Of a DNA stretch of 38,764 nucleotides, positions 1 to 7,925 are shown piece by piece. A model generated the notes under the pieces. The model did no database searches and was not told the DNA's origin. It was given only the letters and a program-made list of their open reading frames with translations. Source of the DNA: a virus (taxonomy: Duplodnaviria > Caudoviricetes). The stretch's first letter is position 1. Each line of letters opens with the position of its first letter. Position numbers and translations under genes: made by a program. Location of the stretch: positions 1 to 38,764 of IMG/VR virus record IMGVR_UViG_3300020042_012255. One strand, 5' to 3'.

Positions 1-121
1 ATGTTTGCTCCAGCTACGATAGAATCAACCCCACCCGTATTTGAATTTGAAGTTACTTGATAATTAGACATTCTTTCCTAAATATAGCTTATAAAAATTT
101 TATCTATATCCTGTGATATAA
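1..121. repeat. Terminal direct repeat, left copy (assembly overlap of a circular or circularly permuted genome)
   Basis: 1-121 is identical to 38644-38764. Genes 100..468 and 36837..38714 are contiguous across the junction. Confidence 0.95.
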
Positions 122-468
122 AAACTTCCGGTTCCTGCTGTTCCTCTACCAAAAATAATTTGTCCCTGTCTTCCATTTAACGTGCCTGAAGAATACGAGG
201 AATTATTTGAGTGATTAGTTTGTAAATCTAACACTAAACGTCCTCCAGCTTCTATGAAATCGTGTCGTGTTATCCCATCAAAACTAATTGTGACACCGAC
301 ATTACTTGTATTTTTTAAAACTAAAATCTTGATGTCTTTTTGAAATCCATCTCCGGTGTAAATCTCGTAAGAAGCAGCTAAATTCATACCTGCATATGAA
401 CTTGTAAGAGATGCAGTGTTATACTCAGCCATTTCTATAGCTTGAAAAGATGACAAATCTTGAACCAT
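100..468 (-). CDS. Small beta-rich virion/tail-associated protein (putative)
   Basis: 122 aa, within the tail fibre cluster, directly abutting the upstream gene. Confidence 0.6.
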   Translation of the reverse strand: MVQDLSSFQAIEMAEYNTASLTSSYAGMNLAASYEIYTGDGFQKDIKILVLKNTSNVGVTISFDGITRHDFIEAGGRLVLDLQTNHSNNSSYSSGTLNGRQGQIIFGRGTAGTGSFYITGYR

Positions 469-681
469 TTAAATTACCTCGGTAGGTGTGATGACTTCTT
501 CTTCATTTTTTTTATTTTCTTCTTGAGCAGCTTCCTTTGCTTTTTCTTCTACATTTACAACTACGGCCACAAACTTAGATAAAGCTTCTTTAATTTCAAT
601 CGTAGGACTATCACTATCACAGAATAAATTATAGACTCTATCTCCGATCTTATGCTCAAGCTTTACCATTTGTTTTATCAT
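469..681 (-). CDS. Hypothetical protein (possible tail fibre chaperone)
   Basis: 70 aa, AAGGA SD, acidic tail, follows a fibre gene. Confidence 0.6.
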   Translation of the reverse strand: MIKQMVKLEHKIGDRVYNLFCDSDSPTIEIKEALSKFVAVVVNVEEKAKEAAQEENKKNEEEVITPTEVI

Positions 682-712
682 AATTTATCCTTTGAAAATT
701 TAAGTTTTGTTT

Positions 713-1585
713 TTAATTAATAACTAAAAAAGTAAATGTAATATTAGCTGTCGATGTCGTAGCTCCTGTCCCATTCGTAACAACTATCGTAGAAGAAGTT
801 GCAGCAACGTTTGTGTAGCTTTGGATAGATAGAGCTGAACCTGTAGTTGACCCAGTCATTGAATACAAAATGACCGTTCCTATAGCTGCGATGGTTGTAT
901 TGTTAATCACAAAACTTTGTGTGGCTCCAGCTGCTATACTCACACCTGTAAATGTAACGATTCCAACTCTTGCGTTGCATGTTTGGGGAGAAGCGCCCGA
1001 AACTACAGTTGCCGGAAAAAATAGACCATTTCCTGTTCCTGTAATTTCTATATCATTGTTAAAAGTAAAGCCAGCAGCTGATCCACCTGTAGAAAATGTA
1101 AGAGGTTGGCTGGGTGTCGAAGATAAAGAAATAGTTGCAGTATTTGTGCTTGCTCCAATTGCAAAACTAACCCCTCCAGCTCCTGCGTTACTTATGCTTA
1201 ATGGAGTAAGCAAAGACCCAGAAGATCCTGAATGAGTAGCAACGGGAACCGACAAAGTAGTTGTCGATGGGTTGTATGTCAGAGAGCTGTTTACGTTTAT
1301 TCCTAAGTTTCCACTTGTTGCACTTGCGAATAAAGGATAAAAAGTTGCGTTTGTTGAAACCGCTGTAATAGTGCTTGCTGAAGAAGCAGAATCAGAAACC
1401 CAATTTCCGGCTCCGGTAGTTACGTATAGAGTAGGAGGCGTGGTTCCTGTGTATTGCCAAACAGTATTTGCAGGGTATACATCTAATGTTGTAGGGATTC
1501 GATTTGCAAAAGGAATTGTGACGGGTCTTGTAAACTGATTTGTAAGAGCATCTAATGGATCTGTTGAAACCGATGAAACTGACAT
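713..1585 (-). CDS. Tail fibre/spike-like protein (modules A+B)
   Basis: S/T/G-rich, 290 aa. N-terminus shared with 1623..2960; internal segment shared with 36837..38714. Confidence 0.75.
   Translation of the reverse strand: MSVSSVSTDPLDALTNQFTRPVTIPFANRIPTTLDVYPANTVWQYTGTTPPTLYVTTGAGNWVSDSASSASTITAVSTNATFYPLFASATSGNLGINVNSSLTYNPSTTTLSVPVATHSGSSGSLLTPLSISNAGAGGVSFAIGASTNTATISLSSTPSQPLTFSTGGSAAGFTFNNDIEITGTGNGLFFPATVVSGASPQTCNARVGIVTFTGVSIAAGATQSFVINNTTIAAIGTVILYSMTGSTTGSALSIQSYTNVAATSSTIVVTNGTGATTSTANITFTFLVIN
1076..1321. repeat. Module B repeat, copy 1 (copy 2 at 37941-38186)
   Basis: 246-nt ungapped alignment with about 10 substitutions counted by eye, mostly synonymous. Confidence 0.9.
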
Positions 1586-1588
1586 AAT
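1393..1588. repeat. Module A repeat, copy 1 (copy 2 at 2768-2963)
   Basis: Both copies encode MSVSSVSTDPLDALTNQ...GAGNWVS, with many third-position differences. Confidence 0.9.
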
Positions 1589-1622
1589 GAGATTTCCTAT
1601 TTATTAATTTATAATCTTCCTA

Positions 1623-2960
1623 TCACACAGTCGTACCTATCACAACCCAGCTGATTGTTGATGTTGAATCTGTAAGATCTGTGGATCTAACGGTGACTGT
1701 GTTTAGTGTAGCTACGGCAGAAAGTATTCCAGGTGAAGCCTTAGGAACTATATAACTTGGTATAATAATATCACCTGCAACAACCGAAGTTGATGGGAAT
1801 GTAAAAACTCCGCTTGTTAAAATGCCTGTTCCTGCCGTTTGATTTGTTCCCGAACCTAAAGTAAGTTTTGATGCTGTTCCAAGTGTTAAACTTCCTGTAA
1901 TTGTCGTGTATGGAGTAGATGGTGGAGACCCTGAAAATCCTACATTACCTAAAAATATAATGTTTGATGCTCTTACATTAGCGACATTAGTTCCCTGTAT
2001 AGCAAGCAAACTTGATGTAGATAAAACGGTTGATGTTAAATCAAGAGGTGCCGACGATAAATAAGAAATACAAGGGTTTGCACCCGTAATAAATTTAGAG
2101 TTTGAAATCTGTCCACTGGCTGTACCTATTACCGCCAAAGGTTGATTAAATATAACATAATCGGCTGCAATGGTAGTTCCTGTTCGCGCAGTCCAAGGGC
2201 AATTAAGGACTATTTCTTGCAATATTACAGGGCCTGTTGTTGCCATTGTGTTTCCACTTCCGGCCCCCAAGGTTGCTGAAATAAAAAAGCAAGTGGAGCC
2301 ACCTGAATTATCCACGTATCCGTTGTTTGTGCTAAAATCAGCTGTGTTATAGAGAATTAGATCTCCTGTCCAATTCGGTACATTGAAAGTAAATCCGTTT
2401 GTACAGTTAACACCTAGATTTGTAAGCCATAGAGAAGCTGTTCCTACTGCTGTGGAGCTAAATATATGAGTTGAGCTTGTAAGTAAAACGTTTGCAAAAC
2501 AGAAAGAGCCTGTGCTAGGTGGGGTGTGCACTCCAGTGATAATTACACAGTTTCCAGAGGTTCCTGCATCAGAATTTCCTGTAGCTCCCGTAATAGAAGT
2601 GTTTCCGTACAAAGTTAAATTTTCTACATAAGTGCCAGGTTGAACCCATATTTGACCGCCACCCACTGCATTTGCTGCATTCAAAGCAGATTGAAGGGTT
2701 TGATATCCTGCTTGTCCTGCTGGGCCAACCACAAATCTTGTTATAGGAAAATTTCCTGATCCAACTACAGAAACCCAATTCCCTGCGCCAGATGTAACAT
2801 AAAGAGTAGGGGGTGTTGTTCCTATGTACTCCCATGTAGTGTTAGCAGGATACACATCTAGTGTTGTAGGAACTCGATTTGCGAATGGAATTGTGATCGG
2901 ACGGTTATACTGATTTGTAAGAGCGTCTAAAGGATCTGTTGAAACTGACGAAACTGACAT
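1623..2960 (-). CDS. Tailspike with pectin-lyase-like beta-helix (putative depolymerase/receptor-binding protein)
   Basis: YQTLQSALNAANAVGGGQIWVQPGTYVENL is a typical beta-helix cap. Start moved to ATG 2960 (GAGGT SD, matches the paralogue start). Confidence 0.75.
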   Translation of the reverse strand: MSVSSVSTDPLDALTNQYNRPITIPFANRVPTTLDVYPANTTWEYIGTTPPTLYVTSGAGNWVSVVGSGNFPITRFVVGPAGQAGYQTLQSALNAANAVGGGQIWVQPGTYVENLTLYGNTSITGATGNSDAGTSGNCVIITGVHTPPSTGSFCFANVLLTSSTHIFSSTAVGTASLWLTNLGVNCTNGFTFNVPNWTGDLILYNTADFSTNNGYVDNSGGSTCFFISATLGAGSGNTMATTGPVILQEIVLNCPWTARTGTTIAADYVIFNQPLAVIGTASGQISNSKFITGANPCISYLSSAPLDLTSTVLSTSSLLAIQGTNVANVRASNIIFLGNVGFSGSPPSTPYTTITGSLTLGTASKLTLGSGTNQTAGTGILTSGVFTFPSTSVVAGDIIIPSYIVPKASPGILSAVATLNTVTVRSTDLTDSTSTISWVVIGTTV

Positions 2961-3029
2961 AATAAAACCTCTTTTTTTCTTTAACGTTACATTTGTCAAG
3001 CAAACATTAGTAAAGAAATAAGTATAGAT

Positions 3030-3233
3030 TTATATGTTTTCGTATTTTTTGGCTGGCATTACAACAAGCACTTCCCAACCTGCTTTTTTGCAGATTTCGA
3101 GGTCCTTACGCGTCATAGATTTTGATTTCATAAGAGAACACAAAGTCATTGATAATGAGTTACATGGGTAGAACCTTTCATTACCATATGCGCTATGAAG
3201 AATCACTTCCACAGAGTATCTATTAGCACTCAT
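3030..3233 (-). CDS. Hypothetical protein
   Basis: 67-aa ORF with a weak SD (AAGG). Confidence 0.5.
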   Translation of the reverse strand: MSANRYSVEVILHSAYGNERFYPCNSLSMTLCSLMKSKSMTRKDLEICKKAGWEVLVVMPAKKYENI

Positions 3234-3303
3234 ATTGAAGCCTTATATTAATTGCTTTAATTTACGGGAATTTTCTTTTTATGACAACCTCATTAATGTC
3301 AAC

Positions 3304-3460
3304 TGGGGTTTAGTCTTTTTTAGACCCAACCCCATCCATTATTTCATTTTGACTATGGGGGTAAATCAAGTTCAAGAATATATATGAAAGAGTTTTATAC
3401 TTTACCCCATTACTAATAAAATAAAATTGACTAAGTGGATAATAACACACTGAACCCCAT
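3304..3460. repeat. Array of five ACCCC(A)/(T)GGGGT motifs in a divergent intergenic region
   Basis: Copies at about 3304, 3329, 3355, 3404 and 3454 in an AT-rich background, forming two inverted pairs plus a single copy. Confidence 0.6.
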
Positions 3461-3547
3461 GTGTGATTTTAAAAAGAGAGTTGAATTTTTATATAATAAA
3501 ATAGATTAGAAAGGAATAATTTATGTAGAAACGCAATAAATAGGAAA

Positions 3548-3763
3548 ATGATGACTGAAAAATCTAAATTTTTTACCGTAAAACAATTTGCTAAAAAAAA
3601 TCGAGAACAAGGAAGCTGGCCTGATAGCGAATCTTCTATTTGGGCAATTCGTCATGAATGTCCCGAAAATGGATTTTCTGATTCTTTTATTACTATTGGA
3701 AGAAGAGTTCTCATTGACGAAGATAAATTTTGGGAATTATTGAGACAAACAAGTAATAAATGA
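3548..3763 (+). CDS. Small excisionase/AlpA-like winged-helix DNA-binding protein
   Basis: FFTVKQFAK...NGF...IGRRVLIDEDKFWELL; TAGGA SD; paralogue of 27026..27250. Confidence 0.65.
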   Translation: MMTEKSKFFTVKQFAKKNREQGSWPDSESSIWAIRHECPENGFSDSFITIGRRVLIDEDKFWELLRQTSNK

Positions 3764-3764
3764 T

Positions 3765-4229
3765 TTATGACAACTTCTGATATGCAAATCCTCCAGCTTT
3801 TAGAAGAGCGTTTACCGCAGCCCCTAAACTTGGGGTAACTCCTTTATGCCAAGCGTGATACCTATTCTGTCCAGAAGTCTTAGGCCCGACTCCTCCTCTC
3901 TCCAAAATTTTAAATATGTATTCAGGTACGCCTGCGTAAGAATAAACTGGCCCTTCGGCTTGAGGATATGGGCCGTGGAATTGCACTTTTAATTCTTGAG
4001 AATCTGGGTCATAATAGAAACCGTTAACATTTGAGCTTGGATATTCAGAAGAAGGTAGATTTAAGTCTGATCCATTTCCAATTCCAATTTCCGCTTCCTG
4101 TTCTTGGATCAATTGAATAGCTTCTTGAAACAAAGTCAATACTTGAGCCATTTCCTCTTCAGATAACTCATCAGCTAGCTCACCTGCCTGTTGCATCAGA
4201 GATTGAAGAAGATCAATTACTTCATCCAT
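3765..4229 (-). CDS. KTSC-domain protein with acidic helical N-terminus
   Basis: SSNVNGFYYDPDSQELKVQFH...VYSYAGVPEYIF fits the KTSC pattern. Confidence 0.75.
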   Translation of the reverse strand: MDEVIDLLQSLMQQAGELADELSEEEMAQVLTLFQEAIQLIQEQEAEIGIGNGSDLNLPSSEYPSSNVNGFYYDPDSQELKVQFHGPYPQAEGPVYSYAGVPEYIFKILERGGVGPKTSGQNRYHAWHKGVTPSLGAAVNALLKAGGFAYQKLS

Positions 4230-4987
4230 TATCGATTCCTAAGTCCTTGTAATGCTTGAGTAAGCTGGCTAAGACCAGCTAAAAATTCCTGCTTTCCCGA
4301 ACCTTGACCTTGTTGTTGCTCAGGTTGACCGTAACCACTAAATCTACTTTTTACGATGTCAATAAAAGGCATTCCTGTTTCTTGTTCCGCTGCTGCAATG
4401 ATTGGTTTAAATGCTGTATTGGCTCTTGCCGTGCTTACCGCTTTTTGAAGTGGCTCTCCTTTGCTAACTCTACTTTCTATAAATGAAAATAGTTTATCTA
4501 TTCCGTTCATGGCAGATGAACCAGGTTGGTTTTGTTCTTGGAGTCCTGCTCTAGATAGTGGAGATGGTTGTTTTGTTTGAGTTTGCATTTGAGGTTGCTC
4601 TGATTCATTTTCTGTAACCGATTGCCCTAAAACATTTGATAATCCTCCGAAAGCCCCTAATCCACCGGCTGTTGCAAGACCAGCTGTTGCTAATTGTTTT
4701 AGTGTTCCGGCTCTTTGTTCACCTTGCTGTATTTCTTGGGCAGCTACTCTTTCATCTGGACGAAGAGTTCCTTTTTTTACACCTTGGGAAAGTCTTGACT
4801 TTTCAGATTCAATGACAGGATTTTGAAATTTATTTCTCAAAAAAGATAAAGCTGCTGTAGTACCTATTCCGCTTTTGGTTGCATTTGAAAAGAATTTTCC
4901 CATCCTGGGATCAACTTTAGATAAACCCTTTTCAGCTAAATTTTCGGGAATTAATTGATGTAAAAGCGATTTCATTTTATCAATCAT
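4229..4987 (-). CDS. Putative internal virion/DNA ejection protein
   Basis: Helical, Q-rich, with a G/A-rich hydrophobic segment; follows the tail genes. Confidence 0.55.
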   Translation of the reverse strand: MIDKMKSLLHQLIPENLAEKGLSKVDPRMGKFFSNATKSGIGTTAALSFLRNKFQNPVIESEKSRLSQGVKKGTLRPDERVAAQEIQQGEQRAGTLKQLATAGLATAGGLGAFGGLSNVLGQSVTENESEQPQMQTQTKQPSPLSRAGLQEQNQPGSSAMNGIDKLFSFIESRVSKGEPLQKAVSTARANTAFKPIIAAAEQETGMPFIDIVKSRFSGYGQPEQQQGQGSGKQEFLAGLSQLTQALQGLRNR

Positions 4988-6249
4988 TTTATCTCCTCAA
5001 GAGGGTTCATGCCAAAAAATGTGTAAAGGAAAATATCTGCAATATTTGGATTAACGGGTTTATAATCATCAAATTCTCTTACTTGACGCGGATTTAAATT
5101 ATCTAAATAGTTATCTTGTATGTAATCTAAGACGGCTACGTCATCTAATCCTTTCCTGTGTAGTTGTAGTCCTATAGAAAAAATACTGTCATCCGGTTTA
5201 ATATTTCTTCCAATCTCATCTGCTAATTTTAATTCTTTTTCTCTTGATCCAATTCCTCTGCCACCAGGTCTTCCTTTCGTATTTGCGATAAGATTATTGA
5301 CTTCTTTTGTTAGAGGATAAGCAAGGTTTCTGGCATAGTGTTTCGATAAATCTTGAGTGCTTTGAACTTCATTGGCAAATTCTTCTAATCCTCCAACTTC
5401 TTCATAAGCCTCTCTCTGCGATTTTAATTGTTTTAAAGCGTTACTAGGGCTTAGTTGAAACCATTTAGCAGATCCCGTCTTTCTTAAGTTTTGATGAGCT
5501 TGGGCAAGGCGCAAAGCTTCTTGAGAGTATTTACTTGCAACTTGATTTGGATTAGCGCCAAGAGCAACTTCTGACTTTGCTTTATTTAGTAATTTCTCTT
5601 GCAGCTCGCCACTTAAGTCTATAAAGGTTCCTTCAGGACTTTTTTGTAATTTTTTTTGTAGAATGTTATTAAATTCATTCTCAACTAAATCTTGTCTACC
5701 TTTAAAAGCTAAATCTCCTTGCACTCTTTCATTATCTTGTTTGTCTATGTAGGCTCTTGCTTGCTCAGGATCTAAAAACCTTCCTTGTCTAATTAGTTTA
5801 GATGTTTCTTGTTCTTTTTGCTGAGGAGTCATTGGCTGAAGATAGTTAGCTCCACGAACTTGCTGATTTAATGGAATTTCGCCTTGTGATTGAGAAGACG
5901 CTTGCCCTGCTTGACGAGTTACCGTAGGAGCTTCTACATTTTCAATATTTATTTGCGGTTGCCTTTGCTCATTCGATCCTCTATCAGCATTTTGTAAATA
6001 AGCTCGTCTTTGTTGCTCTTGTTGTAACAAAGGAAGATATTGTGATAATTGCTCTGGGCTAAATCCACTTTTTAAAAGATGAGAACTTTGTTGCAATGGA
6101 GTTAAATTGCTCTGATTTGCAATTCTTTCAAGTCCAGAAGATAGCCTTCCTCTTTCTATCTCTTTAGGTAATTGCTCGCTTAAACCCTGTGCAAATCCCT
6201 TTCCTATGCGCCCTGCTATGTTCCCACTTTGCTCTATGATTTGAACCAA
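4984..6249 (-). CDS. Putative internal virion/DNA ejection protein
   Basis: 421 aa, Q-rich and helical; TTG start with GAGGT SD; position typical for podoviruses. Confidence 0.6.
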   Translation of the reverse strand: MVQIIEQSGNIAGRIGKGFAQGLSEQLPKEIERGRLSSGLERIANQSNLTPLQQSSHLLKSGFSPEQLSQYLPLLQQEQQRRAYLQNADRGSNEQRQPQINIENVEAPTVTRQAGQASSQSQGEIPLNQQVRGANYLQPMTPQQKEQETSKLIRQGRFLDPEQARAYIDKQDNERVQGDLAFKGRQDLVENEFNNILQKKLQKSPEGTFIDLSGELQEKLLNKAKSEVALGANPNQVASKYSQEALRLAQAHQNLRKTGSAKWFQLSPSNALKQLKSQREAYEEVGGLEEFANEVQSTQDLSKHYARNLAYPLTKEVNNLIANTKGRPGGRGIGSREKELKLADEIGRNIKPDDSIFSIGLQLHRKGLDDVAVLDYIQDNYLDNLNPRQVREFDDYKPVNPNIADIFLYTFFGMNPLEEIK

Positions 6250-6258
6250 TTTGCACCT

Positions 6259-6864
6259 CTACATTTGCGGTTTACTAAACATTCCACCACCAATCGCTCC
6301 GCCTATTGGGCCACCAAACGCAGCTGCTGCTGCCTGTCCGGCTACAGGAGCCACTTTTTCCAAAAATCCAGGTCTTCTAAGATATAAATTCTCATCAAAC
6401 TGACCAAGACCTTGCCCACCGAGAGACTGTAGTCCTTGCGCGCCTTGCTGTCTTAATTGCGCTCTAAGAGAGCCAAGTCTTTCGGATAAATCAGCTCCTG
6501 CATTTACAGCAGCGTTTCTAAATCCGCTTGAAGAAAGCCCTCCTGATCCCATACCTGCAAACTGCTCGCTAAGATCGGGAATGGTTTGTTCTCTGAATCT
6601 TCTCAGTTCTGGATTTTGCATCTGATTAAATGTGTCATTGTCATTGCTAAGAAGATCTCTGTAGTAGTCAGCAGAATCCCCAAAAGAACCACCTGCCCCT
6701 CTGCCTTGATTGGCTTGAAGAAGTTGATTGTAAAGGTTTTCTTGTCCTGGACGTAATTGAGAAATTTTCTGAATTTTATCTTTTTTTCCAAATAAAAAAT
6801 TTCCTTGCTTTCTTCTTCCTTTCTTTGTGAAAAGACCAAGCGGTGTGTAATCTAAAAATCCCAT
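6259..6864 (-). CDS. Putative DNA pilot/ejection protein
   Basis: G/Q/A-rich, with GLSSSG and a C-terminal AAAAAFGGPIGGAIGGG glycine-zipper segment; AGGAG SD. Confidence 0.65.
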   Translation of the reverse strand: MGFLDYTPLGLFTKKGRRKQGNFLFGKKDKIQKISQLRPGQENLYNQLLQANQGRGAGGSFGDSADYYRDLLSNDNDTFNQMQNPELRRFREQTIPDLSEQFAGMGSGGLSSSGFRNAAVNAGADLSERLGSLRAQLRQQGAQGLQSLGGQGLGQFDENLYLRRPGFLEKVAPVAGQAAAAAFGGPIGGAIGGGMFSKPQM

Positions 6865-6874
6865 AATTTATCTC

Positions 6875-7357
6875 CTACAGTTCTTGTAAATACTCAACCA
6901 CACAAAATGCACGATCAAATGCCTGAGGCGAGGTAATTACTATTTGTGTTGCATTTATAAGCACATCGTTCGGATTAATATTTCTCGCAGTAAACGTGCT
7001 TGAATTTGTTCCTGCTACCCAGATGTCAATCAAAGTAAAGTTTGCATCAAATGTTATCCCATGAGAAACGCCTGCATTCAAACCTGCTGATAACGGGCCT
7101 ACATTTATAACTTTTCTAAGTACTTGTCTAAATTGCCCTGGGTTATTTCCTGCAATTGTAGCTCCAGGAATAAAAGATTTTCCTGAAAGAAGCTCTTCAT
7201 CAAGAAAAAACCCAATCTCTTTCACATTTAGAGAATTTGTAATCTTTTTTAGTTGCTCTACAATAAATACTCTTGCTTCATCCCATTGCTCAGGAACTGC
7301 ATTGTATACCGGTACATATGACTCAAAAATCTGGCTATTGTTCGGATCAAATGTCAT
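6875..7357 (-). CDS. Tail-associated structural protein (putative)
   Basis: ATG 7357 overlaps the upstream stop (TAATG); beta-rich C-terminus. Confidence 0.6.
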   Translation of the reverse strand: MTFDPNNSQIFESYVPVYNAVPEQWDEARVFIVEQLKKITNSLNVKEIGFFLDEELLSGKSFIPGATIAGNNPGQFRQVLRKVINVGPLSAGLNAGVSHGITFDANFTLIDIWVAGTNSSTFTARNINPNDVLINATQIVITSPQAFDRAFCVVEYLQEL

Positions 7358-7923
7358 TAATAACCTATTGATAACCAAAAATGTGTTGAACCTACGGCAT
7401 TTGTAATTATATTAAATCCATTAACTGTACCTGCGTCAACATTACAATTAAAAGATGGGCTGTTTACGTTTATTATTGCTGTTTCAAATATAAATCCATT
7501 TGGATACGCAAGTAATCCTAATCCAGCATAGTTCACAGGAAATGTAGTTGCGTTAGGGACTACTTTCCCAAATTTAATTATAAACCCCCCTGGAAGGAAA
7601 GTGCTTCCGGATGTGCTAAAATCTCTAATAGGATTTCCAGTAGTCATCTGAATGACAGAGCCATTGCTAGCACGTCTCATAAATAGTTCTGGAATTGCTG
7701 AAACAAGCTTGTCATATATGGCTATTTCCCCTGCTGCCGTAGTAGGGTCTGACTGATTTACAAGATGTACTGCTTTGTGCTTTCCGTTGTTTGCTGTTAG
7801 ATCAGAAAACGCATAATGGTCGACAGCAAAACTTGTATCCAGTTGTTGATTATTACCAAGAAGTTGACCTTGAGAATTACTCTGATCATCTGTCGGTTGA
7901 GGGATGTTGGGTAAAAATACCAT
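7357..7923 (-). CDS. Short tail fibre/needle-like protein
   Basis: GKHKAVHL and FLPGGFIIKFG...HFWLSIGY resemble fibre-tip domains; AGGAG SD. Confidence 0.6.
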   Translation of the reverse strand: MVFLPNIPQPTDDQSNSQGQLLGNNQQLDTSFAVDHYAFSDLTANNGKHKAVHLVNQSDPTTAAGEIAIYDKLVSAIPELFMRRASNGSVIQMTTGNPIRDFSTSGSTFLPGGFIIKFGKVVPNATTFPVNYAGLGLLAYPNGFIFETAIINVNSPSFNCNVDAGTVNGFNIITNAVGSTHFWLSIGY

Positions 7924-7925
7924 AA

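Noticed and set aside
1-121. Physical terminal repeats of the virion DNA
   Set aside because: The repeat is exact, cuts through two genes and has a k-mer-like length, so it is best explained as assembler overlap.
1076-1321. Diversity-generating retroelement TR/VR pair with 37941-38186
   Set aside because: No reverse transcriptase; differences are mostly synonymous and not adenine-specific; both copies are mid-gene.
2970-3030. TTGACA-based promoter before the tailspike and a shared late-promoter motif
   Set aside because: No -10 at proper spacing; the AT-rich similarities between late intergenic regions cannot be told from background by eye.
4140-4180. Other CUGAUGA occurrences as hammerheads (also near 8323, 15602, 19246, 29212)
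   Set aside because: All lie in coding sequence and lack a closed stem II followed by GAAA and stem III.
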